From positions 1 to 26,226 of the forward strand of contig JAUYJQ010000018.1 of NCBI GenBank assembly GCA_030699295.1: a stretch of 26,226 nt of DNA, given 5' to 3'. Below the pieces are notes generated by a model. The model ran no database searches. It had not been told where the DNA came from and saw only the letters and a list, made by a program, of their open reading frames with translations. Positions 9,631 to 18,062 of this stretch are shown here, piece after piece. The stretch comes from Candidatus Beckwithbacteria bacterium (GTDB lineage Bacteria > Patescibacteriota > Microgenomatia > UBA1400 > CG1-02-47-37). The stretch's first letter is position 1. Every line of letters starts with the position of its first letter. A program made the position numbers and the translations under genes.

Positions 9631-9791
9631 AATTAAAAGATATTAACTTATTCAAAACTAAGCCCAAAGCCGAGCTCCAGGCAATGTTGCCCGGTTTATT
9701 ACTTAAGCTCCAGGAGTTAAAGCTCAAACAAGCTAATGCTTCAGAAGTAAAATATAAAATAGCCTTGATAAAAACTCTATGCAACAACTAA
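9627..9791 (+). CDS. rpmC: 50S ribosomal protein L29 (short and divergent, 54 aa)
   Basis: Not in the ORF track. Translates to [54 protein letters not shown]. It sits in the syntenic slot between rplP and rpsQ, has an ATGA overlap with rplP, and ends in an L29-like KIA.IKT motif. Confidence 0.85.
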   Translation: MKLKDINLFKTKPKAELQAMLPGLLLKLQELKLKQANASEVKYKIALIKTLCNN

Positions 9792-10003
9792 CCGGAACCG
9801 TTTTAAGTTTAAGCAGCCTGAAAACCGTCAAGGTCCAGGTCGTCAGGCGCTGGACTCACCCGCTCTACCATAAAACCCTGACTAAGAAAAAGAACTACCT
9901 GGTCCACTGTGAGCTCGACGTCCAGCCCGGCGATAAAGTAATTTTAGGTCCGATTCGGCCGATGAGCAAAATGAAAAAATGGCAACTGGTTAAGAAACTA
10001 TGA
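9779..10003 (+). CDS. rpsQ: 30S ribosomal protein S17
   Basis: GTVLS, KTVKV, HPLYHK, GDKV and RPMSKMKKW motifs. Confidence 0.96.
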   Translation: MQQLTGTVLSLSSLKTVKVQVVRRWTHPLYHKTLTKKKNYLVHCELDVQPGDKVILGPIRPMSKMKKWQLVKKL

Positions 10004-10374
10004 TTCAACTCAGATCAATTTTAAAAATTGCCGATAATTCCGGCGCCAAAGACATCAGGGTCATCCTGGTCCACGGCGGCTCCCGGCGGCGTTTTGGCAG
10101 TTTAGGCGATCTGGTGACGGCCTCAGTCTTTCGGGCCCATCCCCAGGGCCAGGTAAAGGGCGGCGAAGTGGTCAAAGCAGTGATCGTTCGAACCAGAAAA
10201 GAAGTCGGCCGCCCGGATGGCTCCTATATTAGGTTTGACGACAACGCCGCCGTCATTTTAGAAGTCGTGGCCACCAAAGAACCCAAGGGCACCCGGATTT
10301 TTGGCCCCATCGCCCGGGAGTTAAAAGACAAAGGTTTTAATAAAATTGCCTCGCTGGCCCCGGAGGTACTTTGA
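10000..10374 (+). CDS. rplN: 50S ribosomal protein L14
   Basis: [21 protein letters not shown] and [12 protein letters not shown] motifs. Confidence 0.99.
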   Translation: MIQLRSILKIADNSGAKDIRVILVHGGSRRRFGSLGDLVTASVFRAHPQGQVKGGEVVKAVIVRTRKEVGRPDGSYIRFDDNAAVILEVVATKEPKGTRIFGPIARELKDKGFNKIASLAPEVL

Positions 10375-10375
10375 G

Positions 10376-10678
10376 ATGAAACTAAAAATCGGCGACACTG
10401 TCAAAGTCACCCTGGGTAAAGACCGGGGTAAAACCGGCAAAATCGAGCGGGTTTTGCCCCGTACCCAGGCCGTGGTGGTCGCCGGAACTAACATGTACAA
10501 GAAACACGTTAAACGGTCCGGGGACAAAGCCGGCCAGATTGTCGAATTACCCCGGCCTTTGGCTGTGGCAAAAGTGGCTTTAATTTGTCCTCACTGCCAT
10601 CAACCGACCCGGGTGGGTTACCAGATAGAAAAAACTAAAAAATTAAGAATCTGCCGTAAGTGCAAGGCCAAACTATGA
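10376..10678 (+). CDS. rplX: 50S ribosomal protein L24
   Basis: The start is placed at ATG 10376 (MKLKIGDTVKVTLGKDRGKTG). It has a KOW motif and C-terminal CPHC...CRKC. Confidence 0.97.
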   Translation: MKLKIGDTVKVTLGKDRGKTGKIERVLPRTQAVVVAGTNMYKKHVKRSGDKAGQIVELPRPLAVAKVALICPHCHQPTRVGYQIEKTKKLRICRKCKAKL

Positions 10679-11217
10679 ATCGTTTAAAAGCCAAGTACTT
10701 TAAAGAAATCGTTCCGGCTCTAAAGCAGGAGCTCAAATTAACTCATGATTTGGCCGTGCCGCGTTTAACCAAAATAGTTTTAAATATAGGTATTAAAGAC
10801 GGGGCCGGTGATAAGGGCGTGGTCAAAAAAGTGGCCGAGACTTTAAGTTTAATTGCCGGTCAAAAAGCGGTTACCACCCGGGCGCGTCGGGCCGAAGCGG
10901 CTTTTAAAATCCGTTTAAACGATCCGATCGGTGCCATGGCCACCTTGCGGGGCGAGCGGATGTACGATTTTTTGGATAAGCTGATCAGCATTGTTTTACC
11001 TAGGGTGCGCGACTTTCAGGGAGTGGCCCGGACCAGTTTTGACGGCCGGGGCAACTATTCGTTAGGCTTTGCCGAACAGGTCGTTTTCCATGAGGTCGAC
11101 TATGATACAATCGATAGCGTTCGCGGTTTACAGGTGACTCTGGTCACCAGCGCCGCTAGCGATCAATCAGCCCAGCGCCTATTAGAATTATTAGGATTAC
11201 CTTTTCAACATGGCTAA
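10675..11217 (+). CDS. rplE: 50S ribosomal protein L5
   Basis: The start is placed at ATG 10675 ([12 protein letters not shown] overlap). [19 protein letters not shown] and FDGRGNY motifs. Confidence 0.98.
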   Translation: MNRLKAKYFKEIVPALKQELKLTHDLAVPRLTKIVLNIGIKDGAGDKGVVKKVAETLSLIAGQKAVTTRARRAEAAFKIRLNDPIGAMATLRGERMYDFLDKLISIVLPRVRDFQGVARTSFDGRGNYSLGFAEQVVFHEVDYDTIDSVRGLQVTLVTSAASDQSAQRLLELLGLPFQHG

Positions 11218-11395
11218 AGTTAAATTTTGGGTCAAACAAAACCAAACGGCAAAATTTACTACCCGGCAGAGAAACCGCTGCCGTCTTTGCGGCCGCCCCC
11301 GGGGGTTTATGCGTTTTTTTGGCATCTGCCGTCTCTGTTTTAGAAATTTGGCCGCCAAGGGTGAGCTTCCCGGGGTCACCAAGGCCAGCTGGTAA
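11210..11395 (+). CDS. rpsN: 30S ribosomal protein S14, type Z (zinc-binding)
   Basis: 61 aa; [10 protein letters not shown]...ICRLCFR...[11 protein letters not shown]. Confidence 0.98.
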   Translation: MAKVKFWVKQNQTAKFTTRQRNRCRLCGRPRGFMRFFGICRLCFRNLAAKGELPGVTKASW

Positions 11396-11399
11396 TTTT

Positions 11400-11774
11400 A
11401 TGTTATCCGATCCACTCGCTGATTTACTAACCAGAATTAAAAATGCCGCCATGGCCAAACACCAAGGTTTAGAGGTGCCGTACTCCAGGAATAAAGAAGA
11501 GTTGGTTAAGCTGCTGGTCAAAACCGGGAGGATTGGCAGTTATGAAGTCATCGGATTAAAAACCAAACGTCAGCTGGCCATCTCTAAGTTGAATCTTGAG
11601 TCAGCCAAACGTTTGTCCAAGCCGGGTATGCGCCTCTACGCCGGCTACAAAGAGCTGAGTCTTTATCTTCGCGGCCGGGGAGAAACGATTTTATCCACCT
11701 CCAAAGGCTTAATGACTGCCAGAGATGCCTACAAACAAAAATTAGGCGGGGAGCTGTTATGCAAAGTGGTGTAA
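11400..11774 (+). CDS. rpsH: 30S ribosomal protein S8
   Basis: The start is placed at ATG 11400 (MLSDPLADLLTRIKNA). SKPGMRLY, ILSTSKGLMT and GGELLC motifs. Confidence 0.98.
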   Translation: MLSDPLADLLTRIKNAAMAKHQGLEVPYSRNKEELVKLLVKTGRIGSYEVIGLKTKRQLAISKLNLESAKRLSKPGMRLYAGYKELSLYLRGRGETILSTSKGLMTARDAYKQKLGGELLCKVV

Positions 11775-12226
11775 CGGTCGAAACTAAAGGTAAAAAAATT
11801 ATCGTCAAAACCGCTAAAGGCGAGTTAACTTTTACTCTGCCAAATAGCGGTAATGCTGACGCTGATGCCGGCACTAAGCGCAGCTTAATTGCCAATGCGA
11901 TTACCGGTTTGACCACCGGCTTTAGTAAAACCCTGGAAATTCAGGGCACCGGCTACAAAGCCATGCCTAAAGACAAAGGCTTGGAGCTGTCTTTGGGGTA
12001 TTCTCATCCGATTCAGTTTAACCCACCCGAGGGTGTTACGCTCGAGGTTAAAGATAACCGGTTGATCACCGTTACCGGCGCCGACAAATATTTAGTCGGC
12101 CAGGCAGCCGCCAATCTCAGGCGCCTGCGCCCGCCCGATGTTTATAAAGGCAAAGGGGTTCGTTACCAGGGTGAAGTCATCAAGTTAAAACCGGGGAAAG
12201 CCGCCAAAACCGGTACAGAAGCTTAA
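11759..12226 (+). CDS. rplF: 50S ribosomal protein L6 (short, 155 aa)
   Basis: [18 protein letters not shown] and [13 protein letters not shown] motifs. It lacks the usual N-terminal SRIGK segment. Confidence 0.97.
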   Translation: MQSGVTVETKGKKIIVKTAKGELTFTLPNSGNADADAGTKRSLIANAITGLTTGFSKTLEIQGTGYKAMPKDKGLELSLGYSHPIQFNPPEGVTLEVKDNRLITVTGADKYLVGQAAANLRRLRPPDVYKGKGVRYQGEVIKLKPGKAAKTGTEA

Positions 12227-12228
12227 AT

Positions 12229-12528
12229 ATGTTAAGACAAAAGAGAAAAATGCGGGTCAGAGGCCGGTTACGGATGCGTTCCGACCGACCGCGCTTGAGT
12301 GTCTTTCGTTCGCTTAAGTTTATCTATGCTCAGATCATCGATGATAAAAAAAGACTCACTATAGTAGCTGCTTGGGGCAAAGACCCTAAAGAAGTCGGCC
12401 AGAAATTGGCTGCCAAAGCCAAGCTAAAGAAGATTGTCAAAGTCGTTTTTGACCGCGGTGCTTATCAATATCATGGTAGAATCAAAGCCTTAGCCGAAGC
12501 GGCCCGGGCCGGAGGTTTAGACTTTTAA
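12229..12528 (+). CDS. rplR: 50S ribosomal protein L18 (short, 99 aa)
   Basis: [32 protein letters not shown] and GGLDF motifs. Confidence 0.98.
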   Translation: MLRQKRKMRVRGRLRMRSDRPRLSVFRSLKFIYAQIIDDKKRLTIVAAWGKDPKEVGQKLAAKAKLKKIVKVVFDRGAYQYHGRIKALAEAARAGGLDF

Positions 12529-12529
12529 T

Positions 12530-13018
12530 ATGTACAACCGTGATGATAGAGATAAAGAGTTTGACGAACGGGTGATGCAGGTCAGCCGGGTGTCCAAAAA
12601 AACCAGGGGCGGCAACCGGATCGGTTTTTCGGTGTTAATGGTCGTCGGGGATAAAAAAAGCCGGGTCGGCGTCGGCTTAGGTAAAGCGCCGGATGTGCTC
12701 TCGGCCATCAAAAAAGGCGCCAGGTTAGCCAAAAAACGCCTGGTGACTGTGCCCTTAAAAAACACCACCATTCCTCATGATATCCGGGTCAAGTTTGGAG
12801 CAGCGGAAGTGCTGCTTAAGCCGGCGCCTCCGGGCTCGGGCGTGATTGCCGGCGGAGCCGTCCGGGCGGTGGTTGAAGCCGCCGGTATCAAAGACATTTC
12901 CAGCAAGGTGCTGGGCACCAGAAACCAAGCCACCAACGTGTATGCCACCATTAAAGCCCTTAAGTTATTAAAACCGGCCCCAGAAGGAGTCAAACATGAC
13001 ACTCGAAAAACTACCTAA
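12530..13018 (+). CDS. rpsE: 30S ribosomal protein S5
   Basis: RVSKKTRGG, GLGKA and LKPAPPGSGVIAGGAVRAV motifs. Confidence 0.99.
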   Translation: MYNRDDRDKEFDERVMQVSRVSKKTRGGNRIGFSVLMVVGDKKSRVGVGLGKAPDVLSAIKKGARLAKKRLVTVPLKNTTIPHDIRVKFGAAEVLLKPAPPGSGVIAGGAVRAVVEAAGIKDISSKVLGTRNQATNVYATIKALKLLKPAPEGVKHDTRKTT

Positions 13019-13445
13019 AACCACTAAGTCTTCAAAAAAACGCTTGGGCCGGGGTTACGGCTCGGGTAAAGGCGGTCACACTGCCGGCCGGGGCCAAAAA
13101 GGCCAAAAGACCCGGGGTAAACTGCCTCTTTATTTTGAAGGTTCAAAAATGAGGAAAAGCTTGATCCGCCGCCTGCCGATGCTGCGGGGAAAAATGAGGT
13201 TTAAGTCGGTCAGCGGCAAACCGATAATTTTAAACTTAAAACACTTAAATCTTTTACCCAAAGGAACGCTAGTTGACGTTGACGCCTTAATTAAGCACGG
13301 CCTGTTAGAAGCGGCTGCGGCCCGCCTGCCGGTCAAGATTTTGGGCGACGGCGAACTAACTCACCCGTTAACCGTGGCCTTAGAGACTTCCAAGAGTGCG
13401 GCCAAGAAAATTGAGAAAGCCGGGGGAAAAGTAGTCGCCAAATAA
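12996..13445 (+). CDS. rplO: 50S ribosomal protein L15
   Basis: KRLGRGYGSGKGGHTAGRGQKGQKTR, KILGDGEL and IEKAGG motifs. Confidence 0.99.
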   Translation: MTLEKLPKTTKSSKKRLGRGYGSGKGGHTAGRGQKGQKTRGKLPLYFEGSKMRKSLIRRLPMLRGKMRFKSVSGKPIILNLKHLNLLPKGTLVDVDALIKHGLLEAAAARLPVKILGDGELTHPLTVALETSKSAAKKIEKAGGKVVAK

Positions 13446-14723
13446 ATGCCCAATATTTTAACTGTCATTACAAACGTCTGGAAGGCCAGGGACCTGCGGC
13501 GCAAGTTTTTAATCACCCTGGCAATTTTAGCCATATTCCGTTTGTTAGCAGTGATTCCGGTTCCGGGCATTGACCGCCAGGCGCTAGCCCAGCTTTTTTC
13601 CGGCAACCAAATCTTGGGCTTGCTCGACATTTTCTCCGGCGGCACTTTAGCCAATTTTTCGATTCTGGCTTTGGGGTTGGCGCCCTACATCAACGCTTCG
13701 ATTGTGCTCCAGCTGTTAACTATGATTTTCCCCAAACTGGAAGCTTTATCCAAAGAGGGCGAGTTTGGCCGGGAGAAAATTAACCAGTATACCCGACTAC
13801 TTACAGTGCCTTTATCAGCGGTCCAGGCGGTGGGTATGGTGGCACTCCTTAAAAACCAGCAGATCATCAGTTTTGCTCAGCCTTTGTCAGTCGTTAACGT
13901 GGTCTTCACCATGATTGCCGGGACGATGCTGCTGGTGTGGCTTGGCGAACTGCTAACCGAGTTTGGCGTCGGCAACGGCATCTCGGTGTTGATTTTTGCC
14001 GGCATTGTCGGCCGCCTGCCGATATCTTTGCTTCAAACCGGAGCCATCAGCCAGACGCTGTCAATGTTTAACCTGGTTATATTTATCGCTTTGGCTTTAG
14101 CGGTCATCGTTGGTATTGTTTATGTTAACGAAGCTACCCGTCAGATTACCGTCCGTTATGCCCGGCGCCCAACTTCAGCCACCGGCGGCCAATCGACCCA
14201 TTTGCCTTTGCGGGTCAACCAGGCCGGCGTTATTCCGATTATCTTTGCCGTATCCTTAGTGGTTATGCCCTCGATTGTCGGCGGGTATTTATTACAGCTC
14301 AATCAGCCCCAGATAGCGGCAGTGGCCAGTTTCTTAACTACCACTTTTGACCCGAACCGCTGGTCTTATCATGTTATCTATTTTTTCCTGGTGTTTGGCT
14401 TTACTTATTTTTATACCGCGGTCACTTTCAACCCGGATAAAATCAGCGACGAGATCAAAAAATACGGCGGCTTTATTCCCGGTATCCGCCCGGGGCGGGC
14501 GACTGCCGACTACCTGTCGTTTGTCTTAAATCGGATTACCCTGGCCGGCGGCCTGTTTTTGGGAGCGGTAGCGGTTCTACCCTCTTTGGTTCAGGGGGCA
14601 ACCGGCATTTCCACCTTGACTCTCGGCGGCACCGGGATTTTAATCGTAGTATCAGTGGTTTTGGAAATTTCCAAGAATTTAGAATCACAGCTGATCATGA
14701 GAAATTACGACTCTTTCCTCTAA
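13446..14723 (+). CDS. secY: Preprotein translocase subunit SecY
   Basis: Multi-pass hydrophobic protein with [40 protein letters not shown] and [10 protein letters not shown] motifs. Confidence 0.99.
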   Translation: MPNILTVITNVWKARDLRRKFLITLAILAIFRLLAVIPVPGIDRQALAQLFSGNQILGLLDIFSGGTLANFSILALGLAPYINASIVLQLLTMIFPKLEALSKEGEFGREKINQYTRLLTVPLSAVQAVGMVALLKNQQIISFAQPLSVVNVVFTMIAGTMLLVWLGELLTEFGVGNGISVLIFAGIVGRLPISLLQTGAISQTLSMFNLVIFIALALAVIVGIVYVNEATRQITVRYARRPTSATGGQSTHLPLRVNQAGVIPIIFAVSLVVMPSIVGGYLLQLNQPQIAAVASFLTTTFDPNRWSYHVIYFFLVFGFTYFYTAVTFNPDKISDEIKKYGGFIPGIRPGRATADYLSFVLNRITLAGGLFLGAVAVLPSLVQGATGISTLTLGGTGILIVVSVVLEISKNLESQLIMRNYDSFL

Positions 14724-14724
14724 T

Positions 14725-15294
14725 ATGTTTATTATCTTTTACGGCGCTGAAGGCTCGGGTAAATCCACCCAGGCTAAGTTATTGGCAGAGAAGTTAAAAC
14801 TGCCTTATTTAGGCTCCGGCGATCTGGTCAGAGACTACGCCCAAAAAGATAAAGGCATGATGGGAGATATCTGCCGGGAAGCTTTACAGCTGGGGCATTA
14901 TGTGGCCGACTCGGAGATGTTTGTTTTATGGAAGGTCCGCCTCAAAGAGCCGGATGTGGCCGAAGGTTTTGTTATTGATGGTTTTCCCAGGAATCACACC
15001 CAGGCGCTGTTTTTGACTGAAAAACTCGATAAGTACGCAAAAAAAGTCAACTTTGTTTTTTATCTGGAAGTATCTGAACCCGAGTCGATCAAGCGTTTAC
15101 TGGCCCGGGGTCGGACCAATCCTGATGGCAGCATGCACGACAGCGAGGAAAAGGTTCGTTCCCGCTTAAAGCTTTACCAGGAGCAGGAAGCCGACGTCTT
15201 AAAGTTTTATCAGGAGGAGGGCCTATTAAAACGCATCAACGGCGAGCAGACCATCGAGCAGATTCACCAGGATATTCTCAAGGCAATGCAGTAA
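14725..15294 (+). CDS. adk: Adenylate kinase (short-LID type)
   Basis: GAEGSGKSTQA P-loop, GDLVR, IDGFPR and RLLARGR motifs; located after secY. Confidence 0.93.
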   Translation: MFIIFYGAEGSGKSTQAKLLAEKLKLPYLGSGDLVRDYAQKDKGMMGDICREALQLGHYVADSEMFVLWKVRLKEPDVAEGFVIDGFPRNHTQALFLTEKLDKYAKKVNFVFYLEVSEPESIKRLLARGRTNPDGSMHDSEEKVRSRLKLYQEQEADVLKFYQEEGLLKRINGEQTIEQIHQDILKAMQ

Positions 15295-15848
15295 TCCTGG
15301 CAATTGTCGGCATGGCCGGGGCGGGTAAGTCCGAGGCCAGTAGTTACTTAGCTCAAAAAGGTTATCCGGTGTTGCGATTTGGCGACGAAACCGACCGCGG
15401 GGTAACCCTTCAGGGCCAGACCCTAAATGAAGCCAACGAGCGGGTGTATCGGGAGAACTTAAGAAAAGAACTGGGCATGGCTGCTTATGCCATCAAGATT
15501 GAGCCGCGCATCAGGCAACTACTTTCCACCTCTAAGGTGGAAAGTATTATTCTCGACGGGCTTTACTCATGGGAGGAATATTTGTATTTACAGCCCAAAT
15601 TTCCCGGTCTAAAGCTGGTTGTCATTTACGCCCGGCCGGAGTTGCGCTATCAGCGCTTGGCCAAGCGGGAAGTGCGGCGCTTGACGCCAGAGCAGGCGAA
15701 AGCCAGGGATATTGCCGAAATTGAAAAGGTCCATAAAGCCGGCCCGATCGCCATTGCCGATTTTTTGATCGACAACAACGATAATCTTGATCAGCTTCAT
15801 CTCCAACTCGACTCGCTTCTTGTTGCCCTACGAGGACTCTCCTTGTAG
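15291..15848 (+). CDS. P-loop nucleotide kinase, dephospho-CoA-kinase-like / archaeal UPF0200-like; start codon uncertain
   Basis: VILAIVGMAGAGKS (beta-strand plus Walker A), IILDGLYSWEE, RYQRLAKR and RDIAEI...GPIAIADFLIDN. The hydrophobic strand begins at GTA 15291, upstream of the first ATG (15312), which lies inside the P-loop. Confidence 0.75.
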   Translation, partial: VILAIVGMAGAGKSEASSYLAQKGYPVLRFGDETDRGVTLQGQTLNEANERVYRENLRKELGMAAYAIKIEPRIRQLLSTSKVESIILDGLYSWEEYLYLQPKFPGLKLVVIYARPELRYQRLAKREVRRLTPEQAKARDIAEIEKVHKAGPIAIADFLIDNNDNLDQLHLQLDSLLVALRGLSL

Positions 15849-15867
15849 GTCCCATAACTTTTCCCCA

Positions 15868-15900
15868 TTGACTTTTCCAGAGAGAGAGAGAGAGTAATAT
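15868..15900 (+). promoter_or_regulatory. Candidate sigma70 promoter with an (AG)8 microsatellite in the spacer
   Basis: TTGACT(15868-15873)-21 nt-TAATAT(15895-15900), 10 nt upstream of ATG 15911. Confidence 0.55.
15879..15894. repeat. (AG)8 dinucleotide simple sequence repeat
   Basis: AGAGAGAGAGAGAGAG read directly; the only long dinucleotide repeat I noticed in the window. Confidence 0.97.
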
Positions 15901-15910
15901 CCGGCTGAAT

Positions 15911-16183
15911 ATGACAGAAAATTCAAAACAACCTAATTTATTACAAAAAATAAGCCCAGAATTGGCCGAGGCGATCAGCTCGACAATTGAAAGAATGAAA
16001 GAAAAGCCAGAAAGCTGTGTGCGGTTTGGTGTTTTCTTTGACTCGTTTAGCGCGCTTCTGCATCAACCTCAGACAAAAAATTCAATGAGCGCAACCCTTG
16101 ACGCCACGTTCGAACTTTGGGAAATTCACAAAGTGTATTGTCCTGAAAATAACCCTACTATTTCAAGCCATACCCAAGGATAA
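15911..16183 (+). CDS. Hypothetical protein (90 aa)
   Basis: An ATG-started open frame that fills the intergenic gap and has its own promoter candidate. No family recognised. Confidence 0.6.
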   Translation: MTENSKQPNLLQKISPELAEAISSTIERMKEKPESCVRFGVFFDSFSALLHQPQTKNSMSATLDATFELWEIHKVYCPENNPTISSHTQG

Positions 16184-16261
16184 TTCCCCCTGGACGGAGA
16201 AGTAAACTCGTGTTACACTTAGGCCTCGTTAACAAGCTAAAGGACCTACCTCTTGGAAAAA

Positions 16262-16290
16262 ATGACACCAGAGGTAGTTTTTGTTATAAT
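16262..16290 (+). promoter_or_regulatory. Near-consensus sigma70 promoter for the infA-rpmJ-alpha cluster
   Basis: ATGACA(16262-16267)-17 nt-TATAAT(16285-16290) with extended TG, 11 nt before the infA ATG. It overlaps the inverted repeat CTACCTCT(16246-16253)/AGAGGTAG(16270-16277). Confidence 0.75.
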
Positions 16291-16301
16291 TAAGAAAGTT
16301 A

Positions 16302-16532
16302 ATGCAACCAGTTGACAATCAGGCCAAGCAAGAGGTCGAAGGCACTGTTACCCAAGCCCTTAGAAACGCCACTTTCCGCGTCAAAATTGACAATCAGGAT
16401 CAGGAGATTTTGTGTCATTTGGCTGGGAAAATGCGGCTTTACCGAATCAAGGTAATGCCCGGGGATAGGGTCAAGTTAGAACAGTCGCCCTACGATCTGG
16501 GCAAAGGCCGGATTGTTTACCGGAATAAATAA
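16302..16532 (+). CDS. infA: Translation initiation factor IF-1
   Basis: [30 protein letters not shown] and [13 protein letters not shown] motifs. Confidence 0.99.
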   Translation: MQPVDNQAKQEVEGTVTQALRNATFRVKIDNQDQEILCHLAGKMRLYRIKVMPGDRVKLEQSPYDLGKGRIVYRNK

Positions 16533-16536
16533 ATTT

Positions 16537-16650
16537 ATGAAGGTTCAAGCCTCAGTTAAAAAACGCTGCCAGAAATGTAAAATTGTCCGCCGTAAAGGCC
16601 GGGTTTACGTGATTTGTACCAATCCCCGTCATAAACAGAGGCAGGGATAA
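16537..16650 (+). CDS. rpmJ: 50S ribosomal protein L36 (zinc-binding form)
   Basis: Not in the ORF track. Translates to [37 protein letters not shown]. Confidence 0.99.
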   Translation: MKVQASVKKRCQKCKIVRRKGRVYVICTNPRHKQRQG

Positions 16651-16656
16651 AATATT

Positions 16657-17070
16657 ATGCCGAGAATATCCGGGGTTGACGTCCCCCAAAACAAACGCAC
16701 CGAAATTGCCCTTACCTCTATTTTCGGTATCGGCCGGAGCAATGTGACTCAGATTTTAAAATTGGCTAATGTCGATGCTAATAAACGGGCCAAAGATTTA
16801 AACGGCGACGAGATCGTCCGTCTGCAAAAAGCGGTTGAGACGGTTCCCATCGAAGGCTCGCTTAAAAAAATGGTCACCGAAAGCATCAAGCGCTTAAGGC
16901 AGATCGGTACTTACCGGGGTTCGCGTCACACTCATCGACTACCGGCCCGGGGCCAGCGCACCCGCCACAATGCCCGCACCAAACGGGGTAAGCGGATGAC
17001 CGTCGGGGCTTTAAAGAAAGAAGAGGCCGTCAAAGTCGAAGAGGCCAAGAAAGCCGAGGAGAAGAAGTAA
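16657..17070 (+). CDS. rpsM: 30S ribosomal protein S13
   Basis: MPRISGVDVP, IALTSIFGIGR and LPARGQRTRHNART motifs. Confidence 0.99.
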   Translation: MPRISGVDVPQNKRTEIALTSIFGIGRSNVTQILKLANVDANKRAKDLNGDEIVRLQKAVETVPIEGSLKKMVTESIKRLRQIGTYRGSRHTHRLPARGQRTRHNARTKRGKRMTVGALKKEEAVKVEEAKKAEEKK

Positions 17071-17071
17071 T

Positions 17072-17446
17072 ATGGCCAAGGCCGAAGCAAAAAAAACCAT
17101 GAGCAGCGGTCGGATCTATGTCACCGCCACTTTCAATAACACTTTAGTGTCAATTACCGACCAAAACGGCCAGGTGATGTTTTGGGGCTCAACCGGTTTA
17201 GCCGGCTTTAAGGGTGCCCGCAAATCCACGCCCTATGCGGCCACTTCGGCCATCGAAGCGGCGGTTAAAAAGGCCAAAGAGGCCGGTTTGACCTCGGTCC
17301 AGGTGTTTATTAAGGGTCCGGGCTCCGGCCGCGACGCGGTCCTGGGGGTGGTTCGCGCCCAGGGCCTCAAAGTGACCTCTTTGGCTGATATCAGCCCGAT
17401 GGCCCATAACGGCCCCCGGCAGCCAAAACGGAGAAAGGGTAAATAA
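17072..17446 (+). CDS. rpsK: 30S ribosomal protein S11
   Basis: ATFNNT, GFKGARKSTPYAA, KGPGSGR and PMAHNG motifs. Confidence 0.99.
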   Translation: MAKAEAKKTMSSGRIYVTATFNNTLVSITDQNGQVMFWGSTGLAGFKGARKSTPYAATSAIEAAVKKAKEAGLTSVQVFIKGPGSGRDAVLGVVRAQGLKVTSLADISPMAHNGPRQPKRRKGK

Positions 17447-17449
17447 TTT

Positions 17450-18055
17450 ATGCGTACTACCAGGGCCAGGGGCAAGCTCGTCCGCAAATTTAAAGAAAAT
17501 ATTTTCGGCAATCCCAAGTTCGATCGGCTTTTATCCAAAAAACCCTATCCGCCCGGGGCCCACGGCAAAAAAATGCGCCGCCGGCTGTCCGACTACGGCC
17601 AACAGCTTGAGGAAAAACAAAAATTAAGGTCAATGTATGATTTATCGGAAAAACAGTTTAGGACTCTTTACCAGCTGGCCCGTAAAACCCAAGCGGCCAC
17701 CGGTGAGAAGCTGCTGCAGCTGCTCGAATCTCGCTTAGACGCGGTTGTTTATCGTTCCGGTTTTGCGGCCACTTTGGCTAGCGCCCGGCAACTAGTCAAC
17801 CACGGTCACGTCACTGTCGATACCGCTAAAATTGACATTCCTTCTTACCGGGTTAAAATCGGCCAGGTGATCGGTTTATCAGCCAAAGCCTATAAAATCC
17901 CTCAGGTAGCGGCCCTGTTGGCGGCCAAAGACAACCAGCCGCCCAAATGGCTTAAGCGCAAAGCCGCCTTGGTTAAGCTCGAGCGTTTACCCGAGAGGAA
18001 AGAACTTAATTTAAACATCCAAGAACAATTAATTGTTGAGTATTACTCAAGATAG
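17450..18055 (+). CDS. rpsD: 30S ribosomal protein S4
   Basis: PYPPGAHG, SDYGQQLEEKQKLR, LESRLD, ARQLVNHGH and LIVEYYSR motifs. Confidence 0.99.
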   Translation: MRTTRARGKLVRKFKENIFGNPKFDRLLSKKPYPPGAHGKKMRRRLSDYGQQLEEKQKLRSMYDLSEKQFRTLYQLARKTQAATGEKLLQLLESRLDAVVYRSGFAATLASARQLVNHGHVTVDTAKIDIPSYRVKIGQVIGLSAKAYKIPQVAALLAAKDNQPPKWLKRKAALVKLERLPERKELNLNIQEQLIVEYYSR

Positions 18056-18062
18056 GAGGCTT

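Noticed and set aside
10376-16650. Cys motifs in L24, S14 and L36
   Set aside because: These are known zinc-binding forms found widely in bacteria and are not novel.
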